Assembly: GCA_963795085.1 (NCBI GenBank) | Contig: CAWCFX010000004.1 | Span: forward strand, 256,001-320,000 | Length of the DNA: 64,000 nt | DNA from: an uncultured Gemmatimonadales bacterium | Lineage (GTDB): Bacteria > Gemmatimonadota > Gemmatimonadetes > Gemmatimonadales > GWC2-71-9 | Direction: 5' to 3' | Shown: positions 63,065 through 64,000 of the stretch, piece after piece | How positions within the stretch are numbered: position 1 is the stretch's first letter | Layout of the letters: every line of letters starts with the position of its first letter | Program-made: the position numbers and the translations under genes | Notes under the pieces: generated by a model | What the model saw: the letters and a program-made list of their open reading frames with translations, nothing else | The model's database searches: none | Told to the model about the DNA's origin: nothing

Positions 63065-64000
63065 CGGGATTCTTGGATGAAAAAAGGCCCGCAATCGCCG
63101 CCGCCACCGAGAGGCCCGCGGCGACGAAGAACGCCGTCTCGAATCCGCCGCGTTCCCCCACAAGGCCGATGAAGAGCGGCCCGATTACCCGGGCAATGGA
63201 GGCCACGCTGTGGAGGGCGCCCAGGGCCCGGCCCTGGTCTTCCCCGGCGGTGTTGCGGGAGACCAGCGCCGCCACCGCGGGCCATGCGAACCCGGTTCCC
63301 GCGGAGAGTGCCACCAGTCCGCCGACGAACAGGGCCCCTTCGGCCGCGGGGCTCCACTGGAGCCATCCGGGGAGCGGTATCGCGGCCAGCCCGGCCGCGA
63401 GCAGGAGGCTGCCCATGATCATCAGGACCCGTTCTCCGACCCGAGGAGCCAGCTTGCCGACCAGCCAGCCCTGCACCACCGCCGACGACACCCCCATCAG
63501 CACGAAAAACATGGAGGTCTCCCGCCGCCCCAGCCCCAGGCTTTGGACCGTAAACAGCGGGAACACCACCGTGATGACGGCGAAGCCGACGACGGATAGC
63601 AGCATGACCGCGTAGGGCGCCGTGACCGACGGCCAGGGCACCGCTCCGCGGGGATTCGCCGGGGTATGGCCCCGGGTCTCCGGGAGATAGCGCCAGCCGA
63701 GAACCAGGCTGAGCAGGCAGAAACCGGCGGCGACCAGGCCGGGAACGGTGGCGCCCGAGTGGCTGGTCAGCGCGGCGATGGCGGGGCCCACGATGAACCC
63801 GACACCAAAAGCGACCCCGATCATGCCCATCGCCCGGGAGCGGTTCGGCGCTGGAGTGATGTCGGCCAGATAAGCCTGGCCGACATTTACGGTGGCGCCG
63901 ATGCCGCCGGCCAGCACCCGGGAGAGCAGCAGCATCCAGTAATCATGGGCCAGCGCGAACAGCACGTAGGATGCGGCACTGGACGCGAGTCCCAGGAGAA
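63051..64000 (-). CDS. MFS transporter (TetA/DHA1-like), paralogue of the neighbour; 5' end outside the window
   Basis: SRVLAGGIGATVNVGQAYLADIT and GFIVGPAIAA. The frame stays open to the right edge. Confidence 0.9.
   Translation of the reverse strand, partial: LLGLASSAASYVLFALAHDYWMLLLSRVLAGGIGATVNVGQAYLADITPAPNRSRAMGMIGVAFGVGFIVGPAIAALTSHSGATVPGLVAAGFCLLSLVLGWRYLPETRGHTPANPRGAVPWPSVTAPYAVMLLSVVGFAVITVVFPLFTVQSLGLGRRETSMFFVLMGVSSAVVQGWLVGKLAPRVGERVLMIMGSLLLAAGLAAIPLPGWLQWSPAAEGALFVGGLVALSAGTGFAWPAVAALVSRNTAGEDQGRALGALHSVASIARVIGPLFIGLVGERGGFETAFFVAAGLSVAAAIAGLFSSKNPDAAR

Overview
A GC-rich bacterial chromosomal segment. The gene repertoire suggests a Gemmatimonadota-like Gram-negative organism, but this is inference. 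It is densely coding, with about 55 genes, and I saw no tRNA, rRNA, CRISPR array or transposase. From left to right it holds: the 5' part of a mycobacterial Sdh1-like succinate dehydrogenase operon; three hybrid sensor kinases; a TPP riboswitch with terminator ahead of thiC; an Hsp20 gene behind a sigma54-like promoter; a saccharopine-dehydrogenase-family gene and an aldehyde dehydrogenase behind a hairpin-rich leader; a Na+/H+ antiporter, porin and MscS; signalling and hydrolase genes; polyamine catabolism genes (gabT, PuuB-like oxidase, PotD-like binding protein, patA); an RND efflux operon; a secreted peptidase/bcp/TolB-like/lepB cluster; and tandem MFS transporters. The most notable element is a four-gene module at 35687-40805, translationally coupled to gabT. 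It encodes a membrane-anchored coiled-coil protein, a classical-clade AAA+ ATPase, a PspA/IM30 (ESCRT-III superfamily) protein and a binding-protein/OmpA fusion. It is a candidate bacterial ESCRT-III plus AAA-ATPase membrane-remodelling system, and it is followed by a multiply frameshifted pseudogene. All family assignments come from motif recognition by eye; no database search was run.
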